DNA from: Nostoc sp.
Lineage (GTDB): Bacteria > Cyanobacteriota > Cyanobacteriia > Cyanobacteriales > Nostocaceae
NCBI RefSeq assembly: GCF_036917395.1
Contig: NZ_JBALDI010000011.1
Coordinates: 15,446-79,445, forward strand
Length of the DNA stretch: 64,000 nucleotides
Direction of reading: 5' to 3'
Positions within the stretch are counted from its first letter, which is position 1. Each line of letters opens with the position of its first letter. The translations under genes were made by a program, and so were the position numbers. Of this stretch, positions 61,655-64,000 are shown piece after piece. The notes under the pieces were generated by a model that saw only the letters and a list, made by a program, of their open reading frames with translations, was not told the origin of the DNA and ran no database searches.

Positions 61655-63190
61655 CTAACGAATCAAGTCGTAGGAAATATCTGTTTTAGAAACAGTGTTG
61701 GTGTTGCGATCGATTTCTTCAAACAGGGTATTTACAGTCCAGTTGAGGAGGTTGATTATACCTTGGTAACCAATGGTGGCGTAGCGGTGCAAGTGGTGAC
61801 GATCCATGATCGGGTAGCCGATTCTCACGAGGGGAATCTTGGTGTCACGCCACAGGTACTTACCGTAGGTGTTACCGACCAGGAAGTCTACGGGTTCGGT
61901 GAACATTAGAGAACGCATGTGCCACAAGTCTTTACCTGGCCAAAGAGTTGCATTCCTACCGAAGGGGCTAGAAGCAAGCAGTTCTTTCATTTCTGCTTCA
62001 AATACATCGTTGCTGTTGTGAACCAAGATATGCACAGGTTCAGCACCCATTTCTAGCATAAAGCCAACTACGCAGTATACTAAATCTGGTTCACCGAAGA
62101 TAGCGAAGCGCTTGCCGTGAATCCATGAGTGGGAGTCAGTCATGGCATCAACTGCCCGACCGCGTTCATTTTCCAATTCTTCGGGAATGGGTAAACCACT
62201 CAGTTCGCTGAGTTTCATCAAGAACTCATCAGTACCCTTAATACCCCAAGGACGGCAAACTGCGGTTGGTTGCTTCCACTCTTTTTCAATGTACTCGCGG
62301 GTTTTGAGAGTGGAGTGTGATTGCAGAGCAATTGTAGCTATAGCATTAATTGAATCTGCTGCATCTTCTAGCTTTGTAGCAGTTGGATACATATCGAACT
62401 CACCTGTGTTTGGTGAATCCAGGTAGTCGCTGTTGTCAGCTAGAAGGGTGTAATCTAAACCGAACAAGGAAGCAATCCGCTTGATTTCGCGGTTGTTGCC
62501 TACATAGGTGTCAAAACCTGGGATGAAGTTGATCTTACCATTGCTGGTTTCTTTCTTATGACCTGCTGTCAGGTTAGAAAGAATTCCCTTCATCATGTTG
62601 TCGTAACCAGTGATGTGGGAGCCAACAAAGCTAGGGGTGTGAGCGTAGGGTACTGGGAAATCTTGAGGAACTGAACCAGCTTCCTTAGCGTTGTTGATGA
62701 AAGACTGCAAGTCATCACCAATTACTTCTGCCATACAGGTGGTGCAGACAGCAATCATCTTGGGCTTGTAGAGTTGGTAAGAGTTCGCCAACCCGTCAAT
62801 CATGTTTTGCAGACCACCAAACACGGCTGCATCTTCAGTCATTGAAGAAGAGACACCAGAGAATGGTTCTTTGTAGTGACGGGTTAAGTGGCTGCGGAAG
62901 TAAGAAACGCAACCTTGAGAACCTTGAACAAAAGGTAGAGTGCCTTCAAAACCAACAGCAGCAAAGATTGCTCCCAATGGTTGGCAGGCTTTAGCAGGGT
63001 TAACGGTTAAAGCTTCACGAGCGAAGTTCTTTTCACGATAATCCCAACTTTTCGTCCATTCTGCAACCCGTTCTACTTCTTCGCCTTCGTGACCATTTTC
63101 AAACTGCTTTTTGTTTTGAAATAGCTCTTTGTACTCTGGTTGGTGGAATAACTCTACGTGGTCTTGAATTTTTTCTGGATTCTGAGGCAT
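61655..63190 (-). CDS. nifK: Nitrogenase MoFe protein beta subunit
   Basis: [29 protein letters not shown]; ATG at 63190. Confidence 0.98.
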   Translation of the reverse strand: MPQNPEKIQDHVELFHQPEYKELFQNKKQFENGHEGEEVERVAEWTKSWDYREKNFAREALTVNPAKACQPLGAIFAAVGFEGTLPFVQGSQGCVSYFRSHLTRHYKEPFSGVSSSMTEDAAVFGGLQNMIDGLANSYQLYKPKMIAVCTTCMAEVIGDDLQSFINNAKEAGSVPQDFPVPYAHTPSFVGSHITGYDNMMKGILSNLTAGHKKETSNGKINFIPGFDTYVGNNREIKRIASLFGLDYTLLADNSDYLDSPNTGEFDMYPTATKLEDAADSINAIATIALQSHSTLKTREYIEKEWKQPTAVCRPWGIKGTDEFLMKLSELSGLPIPEELENERGRAVDAMTDSHSWIHGKRFAIFGEPDLVYCVVGFMLEMGAEPVHILVHNSNDVFEAEMKELLASSPFGRNATLWPGKDLWHMRSLMFTEPVDFLVGNTYGKYLWRDTKIPLVRIGYPIMDRHHLHRYATIGYQGIINLLNWTVNTLFEEIDRNTNTVSKTDISYDLIR

Positions 63191-63402
63191 TTCCGGATCT
63201 CCAAGCTTACTGAATTCTTTTACTGATTGAGGAGGGAGAGACGCGATTAATCGCGTCTTTACAAGGGAGGTGGGAATATGATTCAAAATTCAAAATGCAA
63301 AAACCAAAATTAATTTTCATTTTTAATTTTGAATTTTGGATTCCCAACTCCCCCCTGGGGTTTTAGCCCCAGGTTATCCCTACTTATCTCTCTCCCATTT
63401 CC

Positions 63403-63583
63403 CTAAACGGCAGCTGAAGCTAAGGCTTCAGCCTTCTTAGCCTTATCTTCAGCCTTCTTAGCGTTAGCTTTTTCATTCCAAGGAGCGCCAATCAATCCCC
63501 AGGTTGGGCTGTTGAGTGCCAAGTCCATGTCGCGAGCGAAGATGGCGAAGCCGTCATAACCGTGATAAGGGCCGGAGTAATCC
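63403..63583 (-). CDS. nifD: Nitrogenase MoFe protein alpha subunit, 3' segment of the split gene
   Basis: [28 protein letters not shown]; similarity to NifD ends abruptly at the recombination site. Confidence 0.95.
63573..63583. other. XisA recombination site (11-bp direct-repeat copy)
   Basis: CGGAGTAATCC (GGATTACTCCG on the nifD strand), the known nifD element junction. Confidence 0.93.
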
Positions 63584-63796
63584 TTTTTGTGGTTCAATTC
63601 TTTTCAACAGCCTAATGTTTGCAGTAAGCAATGTCTGTGCTAAACATTGTTCATTGATAACACATTTATTTTTAGGCTAAATATAGGCTAAAAACATAGC
63701 GATGCATAATCAGGTTCAGGACTCACGCATCATCTAAATGTTGTCCTGAACCAGGGTGTTTGTGTTCATCTCTGCAATCACAGCAACAAAGAGCGC

Positions 63797-64000
63797 ATGA
63801 TCAGAACGAAAGTACTACTAGAATTAGAGAAAGTTAATCTGCGTTTGAAGTCTGCAAAGGCAAAAGTGACAATTAGAGAATCGAATGGAAGTTTGCAGTT
63901 ACGGGCGACGTTACCAATTAAACCGGGAGACAAAGATAGCAGCGGTACTGGGAGAAAGCAATACAATCTCAGCTTGAATATTCCTGCTAACTTGGATGGA
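63797..64000 (+). CDS. xisA: Site-specific tyrosine recombinase XisA, 5' part
   Basis: MIRTKVLLELEKVNLRLKSAKAKVTIRESNGSLQLRATLPIKPGDKDSSGTGRKQYNLSLNIPANLDG, open to the window end; recognised as the XisA N-terminal region. Confidence 0.9.
   Translation, partial: MIRTKVLLELEKVNLRLKSAKAKVTIRESNGSLQLRATLPIKPGDKDSSGTGRKQYNLSLNIPANLDG

Larger units (their letters stand above)
63573..64000. mobile_element. nifK-proximal end of the nifD excision element (continues beyond window)
   Basis: Recombination site plus divergent xisA. Confidence 0.92.

Noticed and set aside
63191-63286. Long N-terminal extensions given by the ORF track (nifK, nifE, hupW, coxC, cnfR, Mut7-C)
   Set aside because: They run through repeats or intergenic DNA; downstream ATGs match the known N-termini.
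1-64000. tRNA or rRNA genes
   Set aside because: No cloverleaf/T-loop signatures or rRNA-like segments were seen.

Overview
Chromosomal segment of a heterocyst-forming cyanobacterium (Nostoc-like), judged from the very frequent HIP1 octamer GCGATCGC, STRR heptamer tracts and SDR-type micro-repeats. After a housekeeping block (hglK-like pentapeptide gene, GNAT, ruvX, DUF3727, yqeG, proB, ROK, Mut7-C), it is a near-continuous heterocyst/N2-fixation supercluster: cnfR(patB), fdxB, coxBAC (cox2 type), a di-heme peroxidase, cysK, hypFCDEAB with upstream accessory genes, uninterrupted hupSL, hupW, mop, fdxH-hesB-hesA-nifW-nifX-nifN-nifE-nifK and the 3' end of nifD. nifD is split at the 11-bp site CGGAGTAATCC by an excision element whose xisA starts at the window edge. 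Most unusual observations: (1) a 53-codon ORF links nifE to nifN with TAATG overlaps at both ends; it is a diverged copy of the nifE/nifN junction and stays open through a 114-bp hairpin MITE inserted in frame; (2) a DUF2887/Rpn nuclease gene is followed by a diverged stand-alone copy of its own C-terminus that keeps the internal RBS+ATG, like a spare intragenic-antitoxin cassette; (3) 21-nt periodicity recurs in unrelated sequences (three intergenic arrays, one with an 84-nt higher-order repeat encoding heptads, 21-nt inserts into HIP1 sites, and a 21-nt duplication in the nifD tail); (4) an unannotated 56-aa ORF in the cox2 operon; (5) a nested stem structure between fdxB and coxB. No CRISPR array, tRNA or rRNA was seen. 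Gene names come from motif recognition and remembered synteny, not from database searches.
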